From: Methylophilaceae bacterium
GTDB taxonomy: Bacteria; Pseudomonadota; Gammaproteobacteria; Burkholderiales; Methylophilaceae
Assembly: GCA_049662045.1 (NCBI GenBank)
Contig: JBATAW010000017.1
Span: forward strand, 30,431-94,430
Length of the DNA: 64,000 nt
Direction of reading: 5' to 3'
Of the stretch, positions 27,377 through 36,424 are shown one piece after another. Numbering within the stretch: position 1 is the stretch's first letter; the number at the start of each line of letters is the position of its first letter. Made by a program: the position numbers and the translations under genes. The notes beneath the pieces were generated by a model, which was not told the DNA's origin, searched no databases, and worked only from the letters and a program-made list of their open reading frames with translations.

Positions 27377-29008
27377 TTAACTTTTGATTGGTTTAATTGA
27401 ATTAGGGATAATTGTTGCGTCAAAATCTTTAATCAACGCTTGCACAAAATCATCAGCTTCAATTGCATTTTCTGCATTACTTTGAGCATGGGCTTTTTCT
27501 TGCGCCACTTGTTTGGCGGGGGTATTAACGCTACCCTCTACTGTAAAGTCTAGCTTAATTTTTCGTCCAAAATATTGTTGTAATGCCTGTGCCAATTTAT
27601 CTTGGTACATGGGGCTTAGTAAGTTTTTATCTTTATCTTGAATGGCAAAGCGCATATTATGCTCATCATGGCTGATAAGCGCACTATTGAGCGCTAAGTT
27701 ACGCGCAAGCCCAAGCTTGAGTTTATCTAAAAGGCCGCGCCAATCGCCATTAAATGTGCTTGGCTCAATATGTTCATCTGCTTGTTCGTTGGGTTTTTCT
27801 ACAGTAGACTTTACGCTAACTTCTTGCACAGCTGCTTGGTTGGTAGCTTGGTTGATTTCTTGTGTCACTTTTGGGGCGACAGTTTGCTCGGGCTTTGCCG
27901 TTGCGCGATTCGTGTTACTCACCGCATTGGGCGTAAAAGCTAACATGCGCAACAAGCTCATTGTAAAGCCAGCGAACTGATCAGGGGCAAGGCCAATATC
28001 GCGACGACCTAATAGCGAAATTTGGTAATATAGTTGTAAATTTTCTGCTGGAATTTTTTGTGCCAATGCCAGTAACTCAGTACGCTCAGGAAAATCCTCA
28101 GCTACTGTGTCAGGGACAGTTTGAGCCATGCTAATTTGGTGTAATAGTTGGGCTAAGTCATTAAGAGCAGCTTCAAATGAAATACTGCGTTCCTCCATCA
28201 TTTTAGCTTGAGCAATTAATGCTGGCCCATCGTTAGCAAGCAGGGCGTTAATCAGCTGATATAAATAACTTTGGTCAATGGCACCCAACATGGCGCGCAC
28301 CTCAGCTTCATTTACGGTTTGACCACCATAAGCAATCGCTTGATCGGTCAGTGATAAGGCATCACGCATACTGCCATTGGCGGCACGCGCTATTAAATTT
28401 AGGGCTGACTGCTCAAACGGAATGTTTTCCTGGGTAAGAATACTCTGCAAATGCCCATTAATCGAAGTGCCAGCCATTTGACGCAAATTAAACTGTAAGC
28501 AACGTGAAAGCACTGTAACAGGTACTTTTTGCGGATCAGTAGTCGCCAAGATGAATTTAACGTGTCCAGGCGGCTCTTCTAGCGTTTTAAGCATAGCATT
28601 AAAGGCACTTTTTGAGAGCATGTGCACTTCGTCGATAATGTACACTTTAAATCGACCACTGGTCGGTGCATATTGTGCGTTATCTAACAGGTCACGCATT
28701 GCATCCACTTGTGTGTTTGATGCCGCGTCCACTTCGATTAAATCAACATAACGCCCGCGGTCAATTTCCGTACACGCATCACACACACCACATGGCATGG
28801 CAGTAATACCTGCTTCGCAATTGAAAGACTTAGCTAAAATGCGGGCGAGGGTGGTTTTCCCCACGCCACGCGTGCCAGTAAATAAATAGGCATGGTGCAA
28901 ACGCTGTTGCTCAAGTGCATTGGTTAATGCACGCACCACGTGGTCTTGTCCGACCAGTGTTTGAAAGGATTTTGGGCGATATTTTCGCGCTAAGACTTGG
29001 TAACTCAT
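27377..29008 (-). CDS. dnaX: DNA polymerase III subunit gamma/tau
   Basis: Walker A GTRGVGKTT, a zinc module CGVCDACTEI, and the SRC motif LSRCLQF. At 543 aa it is short for a tau subunit. Confidence 0.95.
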   Translation of the reverse strand: MSYQVLARKYRPKSFQTLVGQDHVVRALTNALEQQRLHHAYLFTGTRGVGKTTLARILAKSFNCEAGITAMPCGVCDACTEIDRGRYVDLIEVDAASNTQVDAMRDLLDNAQYAPTSGRFKVYIIDEVHMLSKSAFNAMLKTLEEPPGHVKFILATTDPQKVPVTVLSRCLQFNLRQMAGTSINGHLQSILTQENIPFEQSALNLIARAANGSMRDALSLTDQAIAYGGQTVNEAEVRAMLGAIDQSYLYQLINALLANDGPALIAQAKMMEERSISFEAALNDLAQLLHQISMAQTVPDTVAEDFPERTELLALAQKIPAENLQLYYQISLLGRRDIGLAPDQFAGFTMSLLRMLAFTPNAVSNTNRATAKPEQTVAPKVTQEINQATNQAAVQEVSVKSTVEKPNEQADEHIEPSTFNGDWRGLLDKLKLGLARNLALNSALISHDEHNMRFAIQDKDKNLLSPMYQDKLAQALQQYFGRKIKLDFTVEGSVNTPAKQVAQEKAHAQSNAENAIEADDFVQALIKDFDATIIPNSIKPIKS

Positions 29009-29090
29009 GGGGTGATACTTTAGCGCAAAATGATAGTTTCGTCTAAGCTTAAATGTTGCGTATTGCTTGCGCGCTCAATGTTAAAGCTTG

Positions 29091-29121
29091 CAAAAAGATA
29101 CTAAGTCAAAAAGATACTAAG
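29091..29121. repeat. Tandem direct repeat in the ffs-dnaX spacer
   Basis: AAAAAGATACTAAGT occurs at 29091-29105 and again at 29107-29121, separated by a single C. Confidence 0.8.
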
Positions 29122-29147
29122 TAAAGATGTAGCGAAAAAGTAGAAGA

Positions 29148-29241
29148 GGCGAGCCTTGCCCTCGGCACTTGCTTAATAGTTGTGGCTGCTTGCTTCCGCA
29201 CCTGACCAAGTTGGCTACTTCACAATGCGAGGAGACCCGCC
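29148..29241 (-). ncRNA. ffs: Signal recognition particle RNA (small/4.5S type)
   Basis: The minus strand reads GGTCAGGTGCGGAAGCAAGCAGCC, matching the universal domain IV motif (E. coli GGUCAGGUCCGGAAGGAAGCAGCC). The 5' GGCGGGUCUCCUCG pairs with the 3' CGAGG..AGGCUCGCC. It lies directly upstream of dnaX, as in many bacteria. Confidence 0.85.
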
Positions 29242-29299
29242 AAGCGCTATTCTACAACAAATAGCCGCATTACCCAAAAATTTATAGGGCAGTTGTTAA

Positions 29300-29683
29300 T
29301 TAATAACCTACGCGTTGAACAGGTGGAAGTGAGGTTAACTCTTCGTCACTATACAAGCGTGCGCGGGTAATAAATGCAAAACCAGTACCGCAATCTAAAG
29401 AGAACGAGCCACTGGAGCCTGGCATAGCATCTAAAATCGTATGCATATTTTCTGCAAAAGTAAAATGACTATCACCCATATAAAAGGTTGCATTTTGGTG
29501 CGTTCCAAGTACACCAAGTACTACATCTGCCGCGCTACCATTAAACTCTTTGACAGGCATGCACATAGGTCCGCTACCTTCACAGCAACCACCAGATTGC
29601 AAAAAAGCAATTGGGCCATGTTCTGCTGTTAATGTGTCAATCAATGCAATTGCGGCTGGAGTGGCCGATACGCGCTCAGTCAT
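29300..29683 (-). CDS. DUF779 domain protein
   Basis: 127 aa with ATPAAIALIDTLTAEHGPIAFLQSGGCCEGSGPMC, characteristic of DUF779. It is in the usual position downstream of an aldehyde dehydrogenase. Confidence 0.8.
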   Translation of the reverse strand: MTERVSATPAAIALIDTLTAEHGPIAFLQSGGCCEGSGPMCMPVKEFNGSAADVVLGVLGTHQNATFYMGDSHFTFAENMHTILDAMPGSSGSFSLDCGTGFAFITRARLYSDEELTSLPPVQRVGY

Positions 29684-29769
29684 TTTAATCTTCCTAAAGC
29701 ATAAGAGGCGATTTTACTCGCCCCTTTGCTAAATTAAAAACCATCTAAATATTGCTATTAACCAACCAC

Positions 29770-31290
29770 TTAGAAAAAACCTAGTTTGTTTGGGTTGTAG
29801 CTCACTAATAAGTTTTTGGTTTGTTGGTAGTGGTCTAACATCATTTTGTGATTTTCACGACCAAAGCCAGACTCTTTGTAGCCACCAAATGCAGCATGCG
29901 CAGGGTAGGCGTGATAACAGTTTGTCCACACACGTCCAGCTTTAATGCCACGACCCATTCTATAAGCAGTTGTACCGTTTCGAGACCATACGCCAGCACC
30001 TAAACCAAAAATGGTGTCGTTAGCAATGGCTAATGCATCCGCTTCATCTTTAAAGGTAGTCACCGCTAACACTGGGCCAAAAATTTCTTCTTGGAACACG
30101 CGCATTTTATTATGACCTTTAAATAGCGTTGGTTGCACATAGTAGCCTTCTGCAAGGTCACCCGTTAATATATTGCGATTTCCACCAACCAGCACTTCAG
30201 CACCCTCTTGCTTGCCAATATCAATATAGTTCATGATTTTGTTCATTTGGTCTAGCGAAGCCTGTGCGCCTAGCATAGTGCTTGAATCTAGTGGGTTGCC
30301 TTGTTTAATCGCTTTTACGCGACCAATGACGCGTTCCATAAATTTGTCGTAGATAGACTCTTGAATAATGGCGCGTGAAGGACAAGTACAAACTTCACCT
30401 TGGTTAAACGCAAATAATACCAAGCCTTCAATGGCTTTATCAAAGAATGCATCATCTTCGTCCATAATGTCTGCAAAAAACACATTCGGTGATTTCCCAC
30501 CTAGCTCTAATGTCGCTGGAATCAAGTTGCTGGCTGCAGCAGTGGCAATAGCGCGCCCTGTTGCAGTTGAACCTGTAAAACCAATTTTGGCAATACGTTT
30601 ACTGTTAGCAAGGGGAGCGCCAACTTCACGGCCATAACCATTCAGGATATTAATCACACCTGGTGGGACTAAATCTGCAATGGTTTCCATTAAAATTAAT
30701 ATTGAAATAGGCGTAAATTCAGCTGGTTTTAATACTACACAGTTGCCTGCTGCAAGGGCAGGAGCTAGTTTCCACGCAGCCATTAGAATTGGAAAGTTCC
30801 AAGGAATAATCTGGCCAACCACGCCTAGTGGTTCATGAAAGTGGTAGGCGACAGTATCGTTGTCAATCTGACTAATACCGCCTTCTTGTGCGCGAATAGC
30901 ACCAGCAAAATAACGGAAGTGATCGACAGTGAGTGGAATATCCGCATTCACGGTTTCACGAATTGGCTTACCATTATCAACGGTATCAGCCGTTGCAATG
31001 AGTTGTAAATTAGCTTCAATACGGTCGGCAATTTTAAGTAAGATGTTTGAACGTTCTGTTGTAGATGTCTTGCCCCAAGCATCAGCGGCTTTGTGTGCAG
31101 CATCCAAGGCAAGTTCAACATCTTCCGCGCTAGACCGTGCCGCTTTTGTGTAGTTTTTGCCAGTAATTGGAGAAATAACATCAAAATACTCACCTTTTAC
31201 AGGCGCAACCCACTTGCCCCCAATAAAATTATCATATTTTGCTTTGTAAGGTATTTTTACACCAAGACCTTTTAATAGTTCTAAACTCAT
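29770..31290 (-). CDS. NAD(P)-dependent aldehyde dehydrogenase (AldB/ExaC-like)
   Basis: 506 aa with IPWNFP, ELGGKSP, catalytic Cys GEVCTCPSR and the C-terminal [11 protein letters not shown]. Confidence 0.9.
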   Translation of the reverse strand: MSLELLKGLGVKIPYKAKYDNFIGGKWVAPVKGEYFDVISPITGKNYTKAARSSAEDVELALDAAHKAADAWGKTSTTERSNILLKIADRIEANLQLIATADTVDNGKPIRETVNADIPLTVDHFRYFAGAIRAQEGGISQIDNDTVAYHFHEPLGVVGQIIPWNFPILMAAWKLAPALAAGNCVVLKPAEFTPISILILMETIADLVPPGVINILNGYGREVGAPLANSKRIAKIGFTGSTATGRAIATAAASNLIPATLELGGKSPNVFFADIMDEDDAFFDKAIEGLVLFAFNQGEVCTCPSRAIIQESIYDKFMERVIGRVKAIKQGNPLDSSTMLGAQASLDQMNKIMNYIDIGKQEGAEVLVGGNRNILTGDLAEGYYVQPTLFKGHNKMRVFQEEIFGPVLAVTTFKDEADALAIANDTIFGLGAGVWSRNGTTAYRMGRGIKAGRVWTNCYHAYPAHAAFGGYKESGFGRENHKMMLDHYQQTKNLLVSYNPNKLGFF

Positions 31291-31662
31291 ACTGACTCCT
31301 TTAGTTTTTCTATCATTAATATAGTTAATCTAACCGTTCAACCGCATTTATCTGTAAACTTTTTATTCTGTAAAATCTAAGCTTAAAAATTAGTAAGTCC
31401 TCGTATTAAAAGGACTTTGCAAGCCAACTACAAGCCAAATCGAAATTAAACAATAAACCTTATAAGCATGTAAATCAAGCGATAATTTATAAAAATGTAA
31501 CTGAATGTTAGCTATCCTTTTGAAGATGCTCAATCATTTTTCTTCTCTTTAAAGGCTAACTATTGAGCAAACAAGTAATTGATTTACATAAAAATGTATT
31601 AAATTTTTGCATCCTTTGAAGATAAATGTTTAAATTGCGCTTGATATCAATCTACTATAGCA

Positions 31663-32952
31663 ATGTATTTAAACCAAATTACCAGAAAACTTTGCAAAAT
31701 GTCAGAAAATTTAATTTCACATTCAATTTTTACCAGAGACTTTTGGAGTAGGTTCTCCAACCCGTCATCTGCAGTATTAAGTAAATCGATTTTAACCTTT
31801 CTTGTGATAGCAGAAAGCTTAGTTTCTTTCTTTTGGATATACACTTTATCAGGCTTAGGTGAGGGCTATGCTTTTATTGCGGCTGTTCCTTATGCGTATT
31901 TAGTGGTGTCATATGTCAGTTTGTTTTTGTTTTATCGTTTCAAGCGTTTTGAATATTTCACCTTTACACAATTGGTCATGTTACTGGTCATGCCTTTTTT
32001 TATGCAATGGGCTATTGGCGGCTTTGCAGCGTCTAGTGGTGTAGCTATTTGGGCTATTTTATGTCCTGTGGGCGCCTTAATGATTTTAGGCACACATCAA
32101 TCAACCGCTTGGTTTTTGCTATTTTTCTTTTTAGCAATTATTTCGTGGGTATTAAATAATCGCTTTGCCAGCAATGCGCTGCCAATTCCAACCAATGTAA
32201 AAGATGCCTTTTTCTTAATGAATATTACGGGTACTGCCTCAATTTTATATGGTGTATTACGTTATTTTCAGGCACAAAAAGAACGTATATTGCAGTCACT
32301 TGAGCTTGAACAAGCGCGCTCTGAAAAATTGTTACTCAATATTTTGCCAGCACCCATTGCCGCACGTCTAAAAGCCAATGACATGCGCATTGCTGATCAT
32401 TATGATTCAGTCACTGTTATGTTTGCCGATTTAATTAATTTCACACAGCTATCTGAAAAAATGTCACCAACTCAGCTCATTGAGCTTTTATCACAAGTAT
32501 TTGTTCGATTTGATGAGTTGGCTGAAAAATATCAAGTCGAAAAAATTAAAACCATAGGTGATGCTTATATGGTTATTTCTGGCGCACCCGTGATATGCCA
32601 TGATCATGCTGAAAAAATAGCTAAAATGGCTCTAGAAATGCACATCGCGTTGCAGGAGGTTTCTCAAACAAATGGCATAGACCTTAACATGCGAATTGGC
32701 ATTAACACAGGGCCAGTGGTTGCTGGCGTCATAGGCAGTGCTAAGTTTAGCTATGACTTATGGGGTGATACCGTCAATATGGCGAGCCGCATGGAGAGTA
32801 CGGGTATTATGGGTGAAATTCAAGTTTCAGAATCCACACAGTTAGCCTTAAAAAACATCTATGATTTTTCTCTGCGAAAAAATGTAGAAATAAAAGGCAA
32901 AGGAAAATTAGACACATTTATTTTACAAAGCCAAAAGAAAATTATCAATTAA
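31663..32952 (+). CDS. Membrane-anchored class III adenylate cyclase
   Basis: About 6 N-terminal TM helices followed by a CHD domain with metal Asp in VMFADLINF, IKTIGDAYMV, and YDLWGDTVNMASRMES. The Lys/Asp specificity pair points to ATP. An alternative start is at MSENL (31699). Confidence 0.85.
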   Translation: MYLNQITRKLCKMSENLISHSIFTRDFWSRFSNPSSAVLSKSILTFLVIAESLVSFFWIYTLSGLGEGYAFIAAVPYAYLVVSYVSLFLFYRFKRFEYFTFTQLVMLLVMPFFMQWAIGGFAASSGVAIWAILCPVGALMILGTHQSTAWFLLFFFLAIISWVLNNRFASNALPIPTNVKDAFFLMNITGTASILYGVLRYFQAQKERILQSLELEQARSEKLLLNILPAPIAARLKANDMRIADHYDSVTVMFADLINFTQLSEKMSPTQLIELLSQVFVRFDELAEKYQVEKIKTIGDAYMVISGAPVICHDHAEKIAKMALEMHIALQEVSQTNGIDLNMRIGINTGPVVAGVIGSAKFSYDLWGDTVNMASRMESTGIMGEIQVSESTQLALKNIYDFSLRKNVEIKGKGKLDTFILQSQKKIIN

Positions 32953-32988
32953 AATCATTGAAGCCAATTTAAAACAAAGGTTATCAGC

Positions 32989-32994
32989 TATAAT
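32989..32994 (+). promoter_or_regulatory. Candidate -10 box (TATAAT) with a GC-rich discriminator for tRNA-Ser
   Basis: TATAAT is followed by GCCTCGCC about 30 nt upstream of the mature tRNA 5' end. The same GCCTCGC heptamer follows the -10 of the tRNA-Ala/Glu promoter at 61274. The -35 is weak. Confidence 0.35.
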
Positions 32995-33024
32995 GCCTCG
33001 CCTTTTAGGGTAAAAAATTAATTC

Positions 33025-33115
33025 GGAAGGGTGGATGAGCGGTTTAAGTCGCACGCCTGGAAAGCGTGTTTAGGTGAATAACCTAACGCGGGTTCGAATC
33101 CCGCCTCTTCCGCCA
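33025..33115 (+). tRNA. tRNA-Ser (anticodon GGA)
   Basis: Hand-folded. Acceptor GGAAGGG/CCTCTTC, anticodon stem CACGC/GCGTG with loop CTGGAAA, a long variable arm TAGGT..ACCTA, T-arm GCGGG-TTCGAAT-CCCGC, and an encoded CCA. Confidence 0.95.
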
Positions 33116-33435
33116 TTTGCTTTTGTCATGACGTATCATCAACCATCAAAGACCCTAGTAAATATTAGCCTCACCACCAATTTGAGTTGCATTCAATAGC
33201 CAATCTATTGATTCAGCATTACAATAACAGGCAAGTTTTGGGTGTCAACTTGACTCAGCCAAGCCTATCTGCTTTTATCGCGCGAAATGTAAAGTTAGAT
33301 GTAGATAGAAAGTTATAAAACTGCGCGGAGATACAATCTATCTTCAATATAGGAATTACTAGGATAGGTTAAAAACCTCACCAATAACGGTTGGAAAGAT
33401 ATGTCAGGTAAAGTTATCAAAAACGCAAACTGAAG

Positions 33436-34485
33436 ATGCAAAAAATCATTAAATTTAAATATTTACTCATCATATTGGCATTATTTCAAGTAGTTGGTTG
33501 CAATTATCCTGATTCATGGGGTTATTCAAACAGTACTCAACTAAGCAGTAAAACCTTATATGTTGGGTTTAATGGATTAGGTGAATATAGCAAAAGACAA
33601 TTTTATGAAGATAAAAAATCTCTCAAGAATTCATGGCTAAAAGTTGCACTGACGCCTAGTCAAATGACGCAATTAATTGACCAAGTGGATTTTGAAAAAC
33701 AGTTCGTTTTGGTCTATACTCTTGGTAAAAGAGCCAATATCACTGGAAAAATTACCATGGCGAGCATCAGATACACCTCAGATATTCAATCTAAAACTTC
33801 TAGCGTTGATACGATGACAAATATTGGTATTGCAGACTATAAAGATTGTAATATTCGCGTCGATATAACTTCCTTTCCATTTACCGTAGAGCTAGTCGAG
33901 CGACCTAAAGACCGATTTAAATTAATGGCTGCAAGCGATGCACAATATAACTTTGAAGATGACTGTAAAAAACCTGTGGCTGGCGAAGCAACCCTAGATG
34001 GCACTTACCTAGAGAGTAAAACCTTGCATATTGGGTTTAATGGATTAAGTAAGCATCGTGACTCTGAGGATTTTTATGAAGATAAAAAATCTCTTGAAAA
34101 TTCATGGCTTAAAGTAGCACTAACACCTATTGAAATGACGAAATTGATAGCCCAAGTGGACTTTGAAAAACAATTCGTTTTGGTCTATGTGGTTGGCGAA
34201 AGAGCTAATATCACGGGAAAAATGTCGATGGATCGCATCAGGTACACCTCAGATATTCAATCTAAAACTTCAACCATTGAAGCAACCACCAATATCGGTT
34301 ACGTTATTAAAGATGACTGCAATATTAGCGACGATGTTAGATCTTTTCCATTTATTTTGCAGTTAGTTGAACGTCCTGAAAACGGATTTAAAATAGTTAA
34401 GCCACATTATGGTCAATATGACTTTAGAGAAAGTTGTGCAATAAAAACTATGTCAGGCCAAGCAACCCAACCGCCGCAGTTTTAA
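33436..34485 (+). CDS. Lipoprotein of unknown function built from two tandem ~156-aa repeats
   Basis: Signal peptide with the lipobox VVGC. Repeat 1 spans aa 38-186 and repeat 2 spans aa 194-343; both run SKTL[YH][VI]GFNGL...FYEDKKSL[KE]NSWLKVALTP...VDFEKQFVLVY...ANITGK...IRYTSDIQSKTS, and each has two Cys. Confidence 0.7.
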   Translation: MQKIIKFKYLLIILALFQVVGCNYPDSWGYSNSTQLSSKTLYVGFNGLGEYSKRQFYEDKKSLKNSWLKVALTPSQMTQLIDQVDFEKQFVLVYTLGKRANITGKITMASIRYTSDIQSKTSSVDTMTNIGIADYKDCNIRVDITSFPFTVELVERPKDRFKLMAASDAQYNFEDDCKKPVAGEATLDGTYLESKTLHIGFNGLSKHRDSEDFYEDKKSLENSWLKVALTPIEMTKLIAQVDFEKQFVLVYVVGERANITGKMSMDRIRYTSDIQSKTSTIEATTNIGYVIKDDCNISDDVRSFPFILQLVERPENGFKIVKPHYGQYDFRESCAIKTMSGQATQPPQF

Positions 34486-34684
34486 TAGCACTTTAGGTAG
34501 TAAAAAAATACCGCAAAAATTTAAGCAAATGAAAAACATTGGTTAGGAGGATGCTACTTCCGCTATTTAAATCTCATTTCAGTGGTGTTCACTTCTAGCC
34601 GTATCATTCAGTAGCAAAAACCCTAATAACTACAAGCCTTAACACTAATTTTAAATGGTATTGAATTGCCAATAGATTGTCACG

Positions 34685-35902
34685 TTAGCCCCAAGCACCA
34701 TCGACTCTAGGTTTTACTAAGATAGGCGCATAAATGAGGGTGAAAATAGAAAAGCTTAGTATCCATAAAATAGACGAAACCATGACCCAATTTATATAAT
34801 GCTGACTTGTGAGCATGGGCACAAAAGAGCGAAATATGACGCTAATAATAATGCCTGCAAAAATAATGCTCAACCAAGCGGAGGGTTTTCTGATTTCGCG
34901 CCCAGTGTGGCCTAAAGCAACGCGTGACATCATGCCCAGTGTTATTAACCCTATGCCGCCAATGGTAAAAATATGTATGGTTAAAATGGCTAAGTGCGGA
35001 ATCATCGTCTGTATTCCATAAAATAAAAAACCAATGTTGATTAGCCATGCAGATGTGTATAGACTCCACAGCAAGGGCACGCGCCATAAGCCATAGATAT
35101 GCCAATTAAACAGCCGATAACCATTTAATATAAAAATTGCCCAAGAAAATAACGCGGTGATGATGGCGTTATGTATCAATATTACATTGATAAATAACGC
35201 CATAAATAAGACCATTATGCTGATATCCAGCCATTTATACTGCGTTAACTGAACAACTTTATCTGTGCCTCTTTCTATAAAAAAGGGTAAAACACGTCGG
35301 CTAATCATTAATATGAGGCCAACAAATAAGAGCACAGCACCGTAGATGGCATATTGCATACCAGTAGTGACTATTCCAAAGCAAGCAAGATAAAAGTAGA
35401 GGTTGCCAACCGTTAACAAAACGACTTTACTCACCACGCCAATCTGCTTCCACTGTCTTGATTTAACGATGGGGATGCTGATGGCAATAATGAGCAATAG
35501 ATCAAAAAGCAAGTCAGCCAATGCGACCCAAAGTAAAAATTGCGTGCCAAATAAAAACAATATTCTTGCGCTAGCCCAAAGCGCCAGCAGCAGCATCAAG
35601 GGCTTGCCATTTGTAGTCTGAATACCTGTCCAGTTTTTTACGGCCGTTAACAAAAAACCAGCAACAACGGCCATACTGTAACCATAGAGCATCTCGTGGG
35701 CATGCCATTGGCTTGGTGAGATATTAGTCAGTTGCAAATGAATATTGGTGTTATAAACAAGCATCCATAGCGTGATTGAAATAACGGCAAAAATGCCCGC
35801 TCCTAAAAAAAATGGCCTAAACCCGAGGTTAAATAAAGCGAATTTATTTTTAAGCTGCTGTGGCGCTTTTTTAAGCGGAGGTATTTGAATTTGAACTAAC
35901 AT
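34685..35902 (-). CDS. nnrS: NnrS family membrane protein (NO-stress associated heme/copper protein)
   Basis: 405 aa with about 12 TM segments. Contains FALFNLGFRPFFLGAG, WHAHEMLYGY and AGFLLTAVKNWTG, all typical of NnrS. Confidence 0.85.
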   Translation of the reverse strand: MLVQIQIPPLKKAPQQLKNKFALFNLGFRPFFLGAGIFAVISITLWMLVYNTNIHLQLTNISPSQWHAHEMLYGYSMAVVAGFLLTAVKNWTGIQTTNGKPLMLLLALWASARILFLFGTQFLLWVALADLLFDLLLIIAISIPIVKSRQWKQIGVVSKVVLLTVGNLYFYLACFGIVTTGMQYAIYGAVLLFVGLILMISRRVLPFFIERGTDKVVQLTQYKWLDISIMVLFMALFINVILIHNAIITALFSWAIFILNGYRLFNWHIYGLWRVPLLWSLYTSAWLINIGFLFYGIQTMIPHLAILTIHIFTIGGIGLITLGMMSRVALGHTGREIRKPSAWLSIIFAGIIISVIFRSFVPMLTSQHYINWVMVSSILWILSFSIFTLIYAPILVKPRVDGAWG

Positions 35903-36140
35903 ACTTTGTGCCTACCTAGATATTTATTGAGTGCTGGTGATATTGTCGATTTTATTGCCAGTTAATCAGCTAGCCTTTGATATAAAGCAAAGAACGGTGA
36001 CTGGTGCAATTTTTAATTAACTTTTAGGTGCTTGAGACTTATCAAACACGTGCACTTACCTAATATCACTGTGACTCTGCGTATCAAAAAATATTCAATA
36101 TTAACGCAAAAATAATCACACATTATTTGACCACCTTTGT

Positions 36141-36176
36141 AAGCCGCCTAGAATGCGGCTTCCAGAGCATCGAAAA
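36141..36176 (+). repeat. REP/MITE-like element, truncated short-class copy
   Basis: AAGCCGCCTAGAATGCGGCTTCCAGAGCATCGAAA is identical to the right two-thirds of the 15879-15942 copy. The left arm (CGAGAAAA..ATGCCTCTGG) is missing. Confidence 0.8.
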
Positions 36177-36202
36177 TCTCTCGTCGCTTATTTGTGCAGT
36201 AA

Positions 36203-36424
36203 TTAAAACATTTTTTGTACCCGTTGCACTTTGGTATAGGCAGCTAATAGCTGCTGGTGCATCTGGCTGGCTTGCATATTTTCACCTAGATTTTCTAAGC
36301 CAAGATATTGCGTTTGTGCTTTGACTAAGCTTTTGGCTTCTTGCAAAGTTTTCTCGCCGTACATCAGTTGTAAATTATCTTCAAATAGTGTGATATCCGA
36401 CGCTAGCGTGTCTTTAATTTGCAC
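36203..36424 (-). CDS. 73-aa ORF, probably the displaced C-terminal tail of ycaO
   Basis: GTG start, overlapping the ycaO stop by 11 nt in another frame. The tail ...MYGEKT...YLGLENL...QMHQQLLAAYTKVQRVQKMF resembles my recollection of the E. coli YcaO C-terminus (..MYG....YGL....HQSLLKAYEKLQRAK..). Confidence 0.4.
   Translation of the reverse strand: MQIKDTLASDITLFEDNLQLMYGEKTLQEAKSLVKAQTQYLGLENLGENMQASQMHQQLLAAYTKVQRVQKMF

Noticed and set aside
28523-28534. Possible dnaX programmed -1 frameshift site (an A-run, CCGCAAAAAGTA on the coding strand).
   Set aside because: The codon register is CAA AAA GTA, not the slippery A AAA AAG. The site lies in the N-terminal ATPase region rather than at the gamma/tau junction, and I found no other candidate heptamer.
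36127-36324. 65-aa plus-strand ORF.
   Set aside because: It spans the truncated REP copy and the antisense of the ycaO-tail ORF, with no coding signal.
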